Source of the DNA: a virus
Length of the DNA stretch: 64,000 nt
Virus record (IMG/VR): IMGVR_UViG_3300018411_000639
Span: 48,617 to 112,616 of that record
Direction: 5' to 3' (one strand)
Shown here: positions 9,686-19,601 of the stretch, one piece after another
How the letters are laid out: every line of letters begins with the position of its first letter
Position numbering within the stretch: the first letter of the stretch is position 1
Notes under the pieces: model-generated
The model's database searches: none
What the model saw: the letters and a program-made list of their open reading frames with translations, nothing else
Told to the model about the DNA's origin: nothing
Program-made: the position numbers and the translations under genes

Positions 9686-10549
9686 CTAGGCTTTGGGGAT
9701 ATATACGCCAGGTTCACCTGTTTTGGAGATGTACCCTTTTGTTCCGTTGCTGAGCTGGACATAGTACCAATCCGATACAGTGCGCAGAATCCTTACGTTA
9801 GTGGATTGCTCCAGTGTTGTGATGGTTGGGTAAGTCATACCCGGACCTGTCCGTATCGCCGTATCAGGAGCCACAAATAAGTTTGCGAACGACCCTGTGT
9901 TCAATCCTTGGATGACCGCAAGTGTTTCGGTATCGAGCACGCCGGATTGATTCAAGTTGTAGTCACTCTGGATTTGACGGACGACACCCTTTGTCTTCGT
10001 GTCGTAGAACCCGTTGATCTCGACAGCATAACCCAACTTCAGGAGTTGCGTCTGTGTTTTCCGTAATTCGTCGCTGAACTCTTTGTCCTCCAAAGACTGC
10101 AGGGAATTCAGTCTGCTTTCCTCTGCAGAGCTTGGACGGGATGAAGCTTTCCACGTAGAGCCGGACAAAGGCTGCAGGTGAGATAAGGCGCTCTCCACCC
10201 ATCCGGGGTAATTGTTCTTCTTCGCTTCCTCTGCAACTTCTTCATTCACTGAATCAACAATGGCTTCGATTTCTCTTGTGCTGTTCTCTTCGGGATTGTG
10301 GATCGGCACGCGCAACATCCCCACGACAATCCGATTCCCGATAGCGACATCATCAAAGGTACGAGAAGCGTAGCCAAAGATCGGTTTCAGTTGCTCCTGT
10401 ATCTGATAACTCAAGCCAGAGATATGCGTCAGCTTTTCCCCGTTGACGTAAATAGCGACGTCGGCGCCTGAAAAGTATTCCTCGGTAAAGATGTTATGCT
10501 CCCGCGTATCGCCAGAGTTGTACTTTAAGGTAAGGCGGTCATCTGCCAT
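9686..10549 (-). CDS. N-terminal half of a tail-tube-like fold + PG-binding + SH3b domain protein
   Basis: YFSGADV..LSYQIQEQLKPIFGYAS..GNRIVVG matches the tube N-terminus; VRQIQSDYNLNQSGVLD (PG-binding); IRTGPGMTY..WYYVQL..GYI (SH3b). Confidence 0.7.
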   Translation of the reverse strand: MADDRLTLKYNSGDTREHNIFTEEYFSGADVAIYVNGEKLTHISGLSYQIQEQLKPIFGYASRTFDDVAIGNRIVVGMLRVPIHNPEENSTREIEAIVDSVNEEVAEEAKKNNYPGWVESALSHLQPLSGSTWKASSRPSSAEESRLNSLQSLEDKEFSDELRKTQTQLLKLGYAVEINGFYDTKTKGVVRQIQSDYNLNQSGVLDTETLAVIQGLNTGSFANLFVAPDTAIRTGPGMTYPTITTLEQSTNVRILRTVSDWYYVQLSNGTKGYISKTGEPGVYIPKA

Positions 10550-12207
10550 CAGTTATTCCTCCTTGTTTCAATGGTCCACTTCCACGGCGTTTCTCCTTGA
10601 GGGTAAACAATCAGCTCCACTTGAGTCGGTTCGCTTCCTTGGTCGGGATTGTAGAGGAGCGCATCCTGTACGTCCTGCAGCGTCATCGAACGCGAGGAGT
10701 TGGCCGGAATGATGATAGTCTTCGTAAAGACCTCCTTCTTGCCGTTAGCGTACTTGGCGATGGCGGAAACCTTCACCACTTGCGGTACGTCTTGGGTTAC
10801 GCAGTCCATACCGAAAGTCTGACTGACCTCTTGCATGTTGTCCTGATAGATCAAAGTAGACTTACCTGGTTGCTTTAAGAAGAGGTACTGTGTGCCGTTC
10901 ACCTGCTCTTGTTTCTCTAGTCCGGCTTCGCTTTCCAATGTCTGCCACAACTCCCGATCGACAACGCCATCAGCAGTCAGGCCGCTTTGTCGCTGAGCCT
11001 CTTTTACTGTGAGGATGGTAGCTTCATCCATTAGACCATTCACGACCACACGCCCTGCGATATACTCACGGTCAGCTAGGCTGTTGAGTGCCTTCTGTAG
11101 GACGGAAACCAAGGCCCCTTTATCGCCTTCCCTGAGTTCAGGGTAAGTACTCTCTTCTCTCTGATTCCTGTAAGCATAGACATCATATTTGGACACGTAG
11201 CCCATCCTTGTTTCGTACCAGTCGCCTTCTTCTCCTGCTATAACCAGATCCTCTTTGTACGGATAGACAGTCAATGGTACAGACAGAACCGAAGGACTCT
11301 CGTAAACGAGTGCGCCGCTTTTATTTGTCACGACAGCTGACGGATTGATTGGCGCGCCCCCGGCCTCATAAGACTGTAGCAACAGATAGGTTTCATCGTC
11401 CACACCGCCACTGACGCGCAAGCCCTGGCTGGATTGGAAGGCACGAACCGCATCATAAGTACGGGTGTCGTAAATGCCAGTAGAGACCAAACTGTCGTGC
11501 CCTGCAGCCCGCAGAAGGTCTTGCACTCTTCTGACATCCTGGCCACTCAAGGTGTTGGCCGGGTCCAGTGAGAGGTTTCGCTTCAAGTCCGTGCGGTAAG
11601 AGCGAAGATTCTCTGCATTCAAATCTTTGTCATAACGGATATCGAAGTCCGTCAAGGTTCGGATTGTGGCAGACCCTTGCCCCTCTGTACTGTTTCCGAA
11701 CGCTTCTCCTGTGAAATTCGTCAGATCCCTTGCAACAAAGCTGAAGGTGTTCTCTGTGAAGATATCCTCTATGGAAAGAACTTGTCCTTCGTCTGTAATA
11801 TCCACACCGTAAATGAACATCTGGACAGCTGAACCGTACTCATTAGCGCAGATGATCATGAGATCAAACAGAGGAAGTTCATCCGCCTTCAGTTTCCCGA
11901 ACTTCTTGAGCCATGGTGCTTGGTCCAGTAACTCGTTTACCCAATGCTGATTGATAAGTGTAAAGACCATCGTGCCTGCATAGATTCGCGTCCCACGGGT
12001 AAACCCGCCAACGTTGACCTTTCCGATCAATGGAACAGGCTTCTTGTCTCGGAACATGGAATAGGAGAAGGTAGTCAGAGAACCCAGTACGATTGGCTTT
12101 GTTTGTGGCAGTAAGGCAAACACCAGAGCATCCGTACCAGAGAAGGTTCGGTAGTATTTCGGAATAGATGAATCGGTCATTCGGCTCGCTTCGTTGTATT
12201 CTGGCAA
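10549..12207 (-). CDS. Tail-tube paralog (baseplate/tube initiator-like) with two PG-binding domains and an SH3-like domain
   Basis: TFSGTD..GTRIYAGTMVF..LPLFD..NEYG..FSFVARD is a complete tube-like domain; AVRAFQSSQGLRVSGGVD. Likely TTG start at 12207 after AAAGGAG (ORF open to 12231). Confidence 0.7.
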   Translation of the reverse strand: MPEYNEASRMTDSSIPKYYRTFSGTDALVFALLPQTKPIVLGSLTTFSYSMFRDKKPVPLIGKVNVGGFTRGTRIYAGTMVFTLINQHWVNELLDQAPWLKKFGKLKADELPLFDLMIICANEYGSAVQMFIYGVDITDEGQVLSIEDIFTENTFSFVARDLTNFTGEAFGNSTEGQGSATIRTLTDFDIRYDKDLNAENLRSYRTDLKRNLSLDPANTLSGQDVRRVQDLLRAAGHDSLVSTGIYDTRTYDAVRAFQSSQGLRVSGGVDDETYLLLQSYEAGGAPINPSAVVTNKSGALVYESPSVLSVPLTVYPYKEDLVIAGEEGDWYETRMGYVSKYDVYAYRNQREESTYPELREGDKGALVSVLQKALNSLADREYIAGRVVVNGLMDEATILTVKEAQRQSGLTADGVVDRELWQTLESEAGLEKQEQVNGTQYLFLKQPGKSTLIYQDNMQEVSQTFGMDCVTQDVPQVVKVSAIAKYANGKKEVFTKTIIIPANSSRSMTLQDVQDALLYNPDQGSEPTQVELIVYPQGETPWKWTIETRRNN

Positions 12208-12235
12208 AGCATAACACTCCTTTCGTATCATATAG

Positions 12236-12260
12236 AAAAAGGCCGACCAAATGGCCGGCC
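12236..12260 (-). terminator. Intrinsic terminator after the tail tube gene
   Basis: GGCCGGCCA-TT-TGGTCGGCC hairpin followed by TTTTT on the minus strand. Confidence 0.75.
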
Positions 12261-12271
12261 CTGTTCTATGT

Positions 12272-13069
12272 CTATAAGCTTGCGCTTGTAGGTTGAACGC
12301 CTTTCAGCGAGCCACCCATTTCGCGACTGTAAACGCCACGAACTAGCGGAGACAATCGTCTAGCGATGTAAGTCATCTGTCTTTCCATCACTACCGTATC
12401 TACAGACACACCGGAACTTTCGTTCAAGATGTCGATGTCATAGATTTTTTGGAATGCGGTTTGACCGTACTCATTCGCAAAAGTCAGCGTTGCATCGAAC
12501 GGAGGCAATGTATCAGCGTACAAGATGTTTTCTCCACGAATCGGAGAGAACCCAGCCGGAACGTATACGTCCGCAGCGTCTTCATAGCTTTCAACAAAGT
12601 AACCTGTGTCGTCGAAGTTCGGTTTGCCGTTACTTCCGGGTTGAGCGTTCGCCACGATTTGGCTTGTTCCGCTGAATCCGTATCCTGGGTTGTTCAGGTT
12701 AGCAGCAGCACTAGCGTTCACATTCCATTTCAGCATATTTAAAGCATCCGTAAATGCTTCGGATTTTGCTTGCACCGCGTTGCCGGCAGCTGTAAACATT
12801 GCAGCAGGAGCCACTTTGTCCCAGATAGATTGCATAGCAGTGATCAAGGAATCGTGATCGAAGACTGCGAAGACCATAGAGCCAGCAATTCCGCGTTTTC
12901 CGCGAGAAAACGAACGAGCATCAGCAGATCCCAATGTGAATACCGGAGCTTTTTCACGCTGGATCGCATAAGAGATTTGTTGCAATTCACCTACGACTTG
13001 GTTTGCGAAGCTGACAACTAGGTCGGCACCACTGAAAGACGTTAAAGTGTTAATGGTTGGGCTTGCCAT
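12272..13069 (-). CDS. Major tail tube protein
   Basis: Directly downstream of the sheath; SFSGAD..RGKRGIAGSMVF..PPFD..NEYG..TYIAR; followed by a terminator. Confidence 0.8.
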   Translation of the reverse strand: MASPTINTLTSFSGADLVVSFANQVVGELQQISYAIQREKAPVFTLGSADARSFSRGKRGIAGSMVFAVFDHDSLITAMQSIWDKVAPAAMFTAAGNAVQAKSEAFTDALNMLKWNVNASAAANLNNPGYGFSGTSQIVANAQPGSNGKPNFDDTGYFVESYEDAADVYVPAGFSPIRGENILYADTLPPFDATLTFANEYGQTAFQKIYDIDILNESSGVSVDTVVMERQMTYIARRLSPLVRGVYSREMGGSLKGVQPTSASL

Positions 13070-13144
13070 TGAGATTCCTCCTTTGTTTATGTGGCCTGAC
13101 TATTGCCGGGGCTTTTACACCCCGGATTGGTCGGCGTTGCTAGA

Positions 13145-15508
13145 TTAAGAAGCTTTTAATCCTACAACAGTTGTGATGCGACGCAATTCTTGAGGAGGAA
13201 CGATCGTTAATTCGATACGAGCCTGACCTAAGACTTGGTCTTGGACGCTTGATGTTACGATGAAGTCGTAATCTAAGATCACGCCTTTTTCTTTCAAGAG
13301 ACCTAATCGTTTGCTGATAGCAGCAGACAATGCGTTCATTTGTTCAGTTGTGTTCGCTTCACCGATGTAAGGCTCGGATACGTCGCGGATTTGGTCAACG
13401 GTTTCACGGATTACTTTCGTTGTCGTCAAGCGCGCGTAGTCGGAACCAGCTGCGGCAGAGGTGATGCCATCTACAACGTAAGCAGCCCCTGCGTTTGCAC
13501 CTTGTTGGTCAAACTTAGTTTTGAACACTACGATTCGGTTGCCCAAGATAGCGTTCATTTGTGGGTTAGACAAGCGGTAACGCAAGCCTCTTACACCCGC
13601 AAGGCGTTTGTTCGCTGGAGCAGAATGAACCGGGATAACAGCGTTCAAGCCAACGTAAGCGACAGCAGGAGATCCGTAAGAACGTCCCAATGCTCTGCTT
13701 TGGTAAACTGGCTCAGGAGAACCGACTACTGTCAGGAAGCTACCCAAGTCGATTGGCTTACCATCGTTGTCGATGATGATGTTACCCACTTCATCGCGCA
13801 TCAGGTACGTGTTTGGCATGTTCGCCAATTTGTTCGCGTGAGCCTGAATGCCTGCCAAAGAAGTGTCTGTTGCAGGACGAACGTCGATTGCGCCCAAGGT
13901 AATCTTGCTGCGGTACGAAAGCACCGTGCAGAACAAACCTAGTTCGTAAGCGAAGTTCTGGTAGCGGCCAGGAAGAACGTCGTCAGCGTAAACGCCTAGA
14001 GGAACAACCCAATCCGTTTGGTAATCTTCTAGCAACTGGTAAGCCCCTTGTACGCTGACAAAGCCTTCACTATCACGGACACCAGATAGCGCCTCGAACA
14101 ATTTAGTCTTGTCTGTCGTAATGCCGTTGTCGCCACCGATGAAGTTTACGCCATCAGCGCCGCCCTCTGCCAAGTTAGAAACCAATTCTGATACCAAAGC
14201 GTCAGGGAAGACTGTTTTCGCGCGGTAGACGCTGTTGCTGTAGTCGCCGTTGATTGCTTCTACTAACTGACCGAAAGTAGGGTAGTCGATTGAAGTGAAC
14301 ACCATTGGTTGCTCAGCGACTTGTTTTCTCTTCGACAACGGTTTGATGATTTTCACAGTTTTACCTGCGACATCTCCGTTCGCGTCCAAGATATCCTCGA
14401 CGATGACCGTACTCTGGTTGTAGACTTCACCTGCGAAGTAAGAGGAGATTTCGATGTTGCGCTCTACCAACTGTACATCTTCGTAGCTGTACGTTACGGC
14501 AACTTGAGACCCTAGTGGGTAGAATTTCTTCTCCAATTTTACGGTTTTCGCTGTAGCGTCTACGATGAAAGCAATCGGGTTTGTCATCTCAACGCCATTC
14601 ACGTAAACATGAACCGATCCGCTAACTGGTGTGTGTGCGATGGTTTTGCTTTGCAAGCTAGTTGCAGCTGTGTAAGGTGTTACGCCGTCGCCTGTTTCAG
14701 TCGCATGGAATACGTCGGTTGTGATACCTGTGTAGTCCACTTTGATTTCGTCGCCCGCTTGTGCTGGGTTTCCGACTGCGTAAGTTGTGATTTTCACTGT
14801 GCGGTCTGTGACTTGGTAGCCGCCTTCAGCAATTTCCAATCCGCCGACAAACACATGGATAGCACCCTTTGGCTTGTAAGCTAACTCTAAGCTAGTTTCT
14901 TCATCCAACAAGTGCGTTTCCTTTACAACTTCGGTAGTACGGTAGTGATCGTATTGCACTTGCAAGGAAGCCCCTGCGTCGCACACATTAGGAGCCAAGA
15001 TGACTTGACCATCCGTTTCGTTTACGGTCACACCACCAGTGATCAATACACCTTTAGCGTAAACTTTAGTAGAAGCCTGTACGATGGTACCGTTTTGCAA
15101 CTGGATAGTAGTCAGGTCGTTACCCTCTGCATAGCCTAATTCTTCCGTTGACGTTTCTACGGTAGTAAGTGTTTCTGGCGTCTTCTTCAAAGACGTTTTT
15201 GCACGTGTACCAGTTACACGCATCAAGCGAATATCTCGTACCCCGTTCTCGTATAACTCTTTTGCAGCCTTAACTAAGGTTGATCCGTTAGGGGCTCCGT
15301 TTGCGTTGATCTCTTTACCGAAGACTGTCTCCAGTGTGTTGATGTCAATCGCGACAGGTTCCATTACGGGACCGTCTACTGCTGTTCCCAGCAATAGCAC
15401 GCTATCTGTCTGAGCTGCAGAGATGTCACTGCGTAGAGCCAACCCACCATCTTTAAATTCAACCAGATGGCCCGGTAAGTTCGGGTATTGGTTCGTCATG
15501 CCAGCCAT
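13145..15508 (-). CDS. Tail sheath protein
   Basis: N-terminal YPNLPG..LLGTAVDGP; C-terminal sheath domain (SDYARLTT..PYIGE..IVPPQELRRI); beta-rich insertion domains. Confidence 0.9.
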   Translation of the reverse strand: MAGMTNQYPNLPGHLVEFKDGGLALRSDISAAQTDSVLLLGTAVDGPVMEPVAIDINTLETVFGKEINANGAPNGSTLVKAAKELYENGVRDIRLMRVTGTRAKTSLKKTPETLTTVETSTEELGYAEGNDLTTIQLQNGTIVQASTKVYAKGVLITGGVTVNETDGQVILAPNVCDAGASLQVQYDHYRTTEVVKETHLLDEETSLELAYKPKGAIHVFVGGLEIAEGGYQVTDRTVKITTYAVGNPAQAGDEIKVDYTGITTDVFHATETGDGVTPYTAATSLQSKTIAHTPVSGSVHVYVNGVEMTNPIAFIVDATAKTVKLEKKFYPLGSQVAVTYSYEDVQLVERNIEISSYFAGEVYNQSTVIVEDILDANGDVAGKTVKIIKPLSKRKQVAEQPMVFTSIDYPTFGQLVEAINGDYSNSVYRAKTVFPDALVSELVSNLAEGGADGVNFIGGDNGITTDKTKLFEALSGVRDSEGFVSVQGAYQLLEDYQTDWVVPLGVYADDVLPGRYQNFAYELGLFCTVLSYRSKITLGAIDVRPATDTSLAGIQAHANKLANMPNTYLMRDEVGNIIIDNDGKPIDLGSFLTVVGSPEPVYQSRALGRSYGSPAVAYVGLNAVIPVHSAPANKRLAGVRGLRYRLSNPQMNAILGNRIVVFKTKFDQQGANAGAAYVVDGITSAAAGSDYARLTTTKVIRETVDQIRDVSEPYIGEANTTEQMNALSAAISKRLGLLKEKGVILDYDFIVTSSVQDQVLGQARIELTIVPPQELRRITTVVGLKAS

Positions 15509-15525
15509 TATGTTTCCTCCTGTCT

Positions 15526-16293
15526 CTATAAATCATAAGTAATGTCTGAAGCTTTATAAATATCGGGTTCAGCCCCTATATCTACCGTAGGTTCGGCATT
15601 GACCTCTAAGTCAATGCGCTTGATGGTACTGAGTCGCACGGCACTAATCCGTTCCAGACGGATGTAGTACATCAGACTTCGCATCGGGATACCATCTAAG
15701 AAGTGCATGGATTGACGAGGATTTACTTCCTTGAGGAAGAAGATCTCGCTGATGCCCTGTCTTTTCAGATATCCTGCGTAAGCTCCGATTAGTCCTTCGA
15801 ACCGAGCCATCAGCTTGCGGGTCTCTAGGTTGGTCCTGCCCCAAAAGTTGAACTCCACAATGCAATCGAACCACTGTCGGTATAGATTGAATGCGTCACC
15901 CGTCTTCTGTCCGGCCACCACTTCGAAAACCGTATCTGTTAGCGTGGGCTTGATGGATGTTTTTTCAGCAACCTCTCTGCTGTTCACATCGAAGGTAATC
16001 TGAGGAAGAACCAGTTTGTCCGGATCTTCCCCTCTCGGATAGTCCAGTGAGAGGACCCCCCACCCGTCACCCCATGCTGCGTTGAGAACTCTACGCAACA
16101 AAATCCCAAGCTGTTCGATATCGTCGATGTTTTCATCGGCTGCCATGCGAGCCTTCTCGCTCTCAACCGAACTTTCATCCGACTGAATGTAAGAGATGGC
16201 TTCCGGAGCCTTCTTTCGTGTCGGAATTGACACATCTGACGAAGGCTTTCCGAAATAGCTATCGTAAGCTACCTGATCTATCCCACTGGACAT
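15526..16293 (-). CDS. Tail terminator/completion-like protein
   Basis: Located before the sheath; RQWFDCIVEFNFWG..RSLMYYIR. Confidence 0.5.
   Translation of the reverse strand: MSSGIDQVAYDSYFGKPSSDVSIPTRKKAPEAISYIQSDESSVESEKARMAADENIDDIEQLGILLRRVLNAAWGDGWGVLSLDYPRGEDPDKLVLPQITFDVNSREVAEKTSIKPTLTDTVFEVVAGQKTGDAFNLYRQWFDCIVEFNFWGRTNLETRKLMARFEGLIGAYAGYLKRQGISEIFFLKEVNPRQSMHFLDGIPMRSLMYYIRLERISAVRLSTIKRIDLEVNAEPTVDIGAEPDIYKASDITYDL
16218..16233 (+). promoter_or_regulatory. 16-bp box (exact consensus), intragenic
   Basis: GTGTCGGAATTGACAC. Confidence 0.75.
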
Positions 16294-16310
16294 TCCTTTC
16301 CCTCCTTGCT

Positions 16311-17876
16311 TTATGTGGTCTGGATGGCGAAGCCACCCTCCACTTTTACGCCCTCAATCATGTATTGCGTCTGCAACACGAGAATGAAGCGCAATTCTCC
16401 TTCTTCCCAGTTGACACGAAAATCCACTTCAAAAGAGAGGAGGACATCTTTCGTAGCCAAGATGTTCAGAATGTACTCAACGTCTTTCCGCAAGACACCG
16501 TTTTCGATGACGCCCGTGATATCTTCCCCGATGTAACCCTCTAATGTTTTTCGGACATAAGAGATCACCAGTTGCACCATCCGCACATTGCACAAAAGAT
16601 GCAAATCCGTCTTGGCACTCTCGGCAGGCGTTACACCGCTAAAGACCACGACCCGCTCAAAGAACGGGCTATGACGAAAAGAGACAACACCCATATCCGC
16701 CAACCGGCGAAGCGTACCCTCTTCCATTTCGTTGAAGAGAAGAATGCTTTCCGGTAATGGGACGTTGGTTGTATTGCTCGGAACGCTCAGACTGGCTATC
16801 AATCCGGCATAAGCGGTGCACCCATTGGATACGCTCTGCCCGTACCGATACCCTAGGTCCCCTGCCACAATCGAGACCAAGAAACGCAGGTCTTCGTATG
16901 TAGTGTCCTGGAAGTTCAGAGCAAGACTTGCCTCGACCACGCGGAAGGTGTACTCGTCTTCCTGTCCGAAAAGGCTCGGGTCATACGTGGGATTGAATCC
17001 CATTACACCATGTGTGATCAGACCGAAGCGCATCTGCCTTGCACAGAAGTCAAGCAGCTGACCATAGTAGGTCAACAGTGGGCTCCCGTCCTTCGTTGTC
17101 AGGTAATCTCGGTCATCCTGATAAAACAAAGTGCCGTATTCCGCTTGACCGTAAGAGTACCTTTCCGGTGCAACGTCATCCATGTACGCTTCGACTGGCA
17201 CAATCACGTCAACATCCGAACCCTCCAGTAAATCATAGCTCTGTTGGAGTGCATGATAGTATTGGTTCTTCTTGTAACTCAGACCGCTATCCCCTCCGTA
17301 GAGGAAGACCTCTTCTGGATTACAAGGAGCAAGGCTCCCCAACAAGGGGGTGGATGGATCGACCAGGCACTGTGCGTGAATCAGGTTCAATCCATTTTCG
17401 GTGTCGGTATTGATTGCGGAGACCAGTTGCCCGAACAGTTCGTATTCCTCGAAACGGTAGATTCGGACTTGTGACCCGAACTCTACTGGAAAGTGGAACG
17501 TCAGCTCTTCTTCGTGAAGCGTGATCTTCACGTTATTATATGCCTCATTGGACTCACTGGCCTTCAGTACGAATCCGTCCTCCATGATGCCACCGTCGCT
17601 GATGTTTACGTTGAAGTACGTGATCGCATGAGTCCCGGTAGTCTTTACAACATATACGTCATTTTCTTGAGAAGCCTCTTTTACAGATTGGAAGGCGTCA
17701 ATCAAGCTCCCTTTCAACCCGAAGCGCTTTTGCAGCTGCCCTAAACTCTTGATCAGAACAGGTCGGTTAGTGGGTCCAAACTCGGAAGAGCCTAGCAGGT
17801 AAATTTTACGCCCATGAAGTTCACTGTTCAGTATCTCCTGAGCAATCTCTTCTGTTAGCTTTTTTGTGCCGGCCAT
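16311..17876 (-). CDS. Second, shorter tail-sheath-like protein
   Basis: LLGSSEFGP, YDLLE..DVIVP..YMDD and YIGE motifs colinear with 13145..15508. Confidence 0.7.
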   Translation of the reverse strand: MAGTKKLTEEIAQEILNSELHGRKIYLLGSSEFGPTNRPVLIKSLGQLQKRFGLKGSLIDAFQSVKEASQENDVYVVKTTGTHAITYFNVNISDGGIMEDGFVLKASESNEAYNNVKITLHEEELTFHFPVEFGSQVRIYRFEEYELFGQLVSAINTDTENGLNLIHAQCLVDPSTPLLGSLAPCNPEEVFLYGGDSGLSYKKNQYYHALQQSYDLLEGSDVDVIVPVEAYMDDVAPERYSYGQAEYGTLFYQDDRDYLTTKDGSPLLTYYGQLLDFCARQMRFGLITHGVMGFNPTYDPSLFGQEDEYTFRVVEASLALNFQDTTYEDLRFLVSIVAGDLGYRYGQSVSNGCTAYAGLIASLSVPSNTTNVPLPESILLFNEMEEGTLRRLADMGVVSFRHSPFFERVVVFSGVTPAESAKTDLHLLCNVRMVQLVISYVRKTLEGYIGEDITGVIENGVLRKDVEYILNILATKDVLLSFEVDFRVNWEEGELRFILVLQTQYMIEGVKVEGGFAIQTT

Positions 17877-18418
17877 ACATACCGCTTCCTCTCTGCCAAG
17901 ATGCGTTTCGCTTTCAACGGCAGCCTCTGGATGGTAGTCCTTACTTGCCCCAATAGATCCGGCTTCATTTTGACAGAAGCGTCATAGAACTCCACCCGTC
18001 CATCGTCCCCCCGAACTTCGTTGATCCCGGAAATCTCGTAGACCCGTTTCACATCAGCAGGTCTGCCGTCCTTGTCCCACCCCACCACGATAATGATGTC
18101 CCGGCTTTTCGGCCGGATTTGGTAGTCAAGAAAAAACTGCTCGATTGATTGTGATACGGCTCCGACATCCGTGATGCGAAGCTTATTGGAGGAACTGGCT
18201 GAGGATGGCTTCGTTTGAATGCCCCTGATCTTTTCGATGCTGGACAAATGACCGTTTCCGAAACAGACGGGACAGCTTGCATCGCCCGAATTGTAGAGGG
18301 GAGAGAAACACCTACAACGAATGTATCTCGTCGCCCTCACATACAATATATCCATCGAAAAGGCGTTTTGTAATACGTTGAACTCTTTTCTTAGGTCAAT
18401 TCCACGATCGCCCAGCAT
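17855..18418 (-). CDS. Head closure/neck protein with Cys motif
   Basis: CRC..CPVCFGNG and GDDGRVEFY; neck position. Confidence 0.55.
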   Translation of the reverse strand: MLGDRGIDLRKEFNVLQNAFSMDILYVRATRYIRCRCFSPLYNSGDASCPVCFGNGHLSSIEKIRGIQTKPSSASSSNKLRITDVGAVSQSIEQFFLDYQIRPKSRDIIIVVGWDKDGRPADVKRVYEISGINEVRGDDGRVEFYDASVKMKPDLLGQVRTTIQRLPLKAKRILAERKRYVWPAQKS

Positions 18419-19260
18419 TAGAAGCTATCCCTTGTGGCTCGAGGGTACGCATAACTCGTCCCCGCCTTCACAAAACTAAGGGACAATGCGGGCGCCGCTT
18501 GAAACATTCCTTCCAGTGGAGCAAAGAGCGCCTTGAATCGGGCAAGCATCTCACCCAACTTCGGAAGGGTGACCTCGTCTTCGATTTGAATCTCGCTGAT
18601 GCGTTTGGAACGTGATCCGGAAAGACCTGCCAACGAGAGATAGATGGCATTGATAAGATCAAGGTTCGTCTTGTAGCGCACCCATTTCTTCAACCTTCTT
18701 TCGAAAGATACTTCGTTGTCGATGGTATTCTCTTCCAAGAACTCATCCTTGTTCTCGTCGGCTTCCTTGCTGTTGAAGTAGATGACGCGCCCGATCTCTT
18801 CGTCCGTCGCGCCGTTCAGAAGGTCGCCTGTATCGGATCGGATCTTGCTGATGCTTGCGTGGAAGGGATCGCACTTGGACACGAAGCTCCACGAAACATC
18901 GCCACGTCTTGTAGCGATGAAAACCTGAAACACGCTGTTAGGTGCTAACTTTTCCACTGACCCATACTTCGTGTAAATCGCATGGATGTTTTTCGGATTG
19001 CTAGAGATAACATCCACCACCAGTTGATCACTGGCAAACATGGACGCAATGATGAGTCGGTCGCCTTCCTCCAGTTCGTAATTGAACAGGATGGTCCGGC
19101 TGTCCACCTCGATGTAATCTGATTCTTCCCCACCCACAACCAGAATCCCGTTAAGGTAGACCATCAGTGTTCCTCCGATGTAAGGCTTGGATGTCCGGAA
19201 AACTCTTTGGCCGACTGTTGCGGTTAAGTGGTCATAGATGAAATATCCTTCTTCTGTCAT
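18418..19260 (-). CDS. Head-tail adaptor-like protein with an N-terminal repeated beta module
   Basis: N-terminal GQRVF..LMVYLNG..DYIEVD module; helical C-terminal part; neck position. Confidence 0.5.
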   Translation of the reverse strand: MTEEGYFIYDHLTATVGQRVFRTSKPYIGGTLMVYLNGILVVGGEESDYIEVDSRTILFNYELEEGDRLIIASMFASDQLVVDVISSNPKNIHAIYTKYGSVEKLAPNSVFQVFIATRRGDVSWSFVSKCDPFHASISKIRSDTGDLLNGATDEEIGRVIYFNSKEADENKDEFLEENTIDNEVSFERRLKKWVRYKTNLDLINAIYLSLAGLSGSRSKRISEIQIEDEVTLPKLGEMLARFKALFAPLEGMFQAAPALSLSFVKAGTSYAYPRATRDSF

Positions 19261-19277
19261 GTTTTCACCTCGGCTTC

Positions 19278-19306
19278 ATTATACTATAGGGTGTCGGAAT
19301 TGACAA
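19278..19306 (-). promoter_or_regulatory. SigA-type promoter of the neck/tail genes, overlapped by a 16-bp box (19291-19306)
   Basis: TTGTCA-17 bp-TATAAT; the box GTGTCGGAATTGACAA covers the -35 element and part of the spacer. Confidence 0.8.
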
Positions 19307-19355
19307 ACACCCTATTGAACTCACTTGCTCAGAAAGAGCGACACGCCAACCAATT

Positions 19356-19586
19356 TCAGTGGGTCGGCACAACGGCCTTCCACTCCAAGGGGAGTGTCCT
19401 CGGTTTCGAGATGGGTACCTTCTCTACTTCTTTTGTGGACAGACTGTAACCGTAACTTACCTTCGCAACTCTGCCTCCCCCGACAGATCCCGGAAAGAGG
19501 TTCACCACTCCGGGTCTAGGCACTACAGGTTTGACGCCCACTTTTACGTCTGGTGCGGACCTTGTTAGTCCCTGATAAATTGCCAT
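19356..19586 (-). CDS. Small hypothetical virion-associated protein
   Basis: AAGAAGG RBS; co-oriented; 76 aa. Confidence 0.6.
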   Translation of the reverse strand: MAIYQGLTRSAPDVKVGVKPVVPRPGVVNLFPGSVGGGRVAKVSYGYSLSTKEVEKVPISKPRTLPLEWKAVVPTH

Positions 19587-19601
19587 CTTTAAACCTTCTT
19601 T

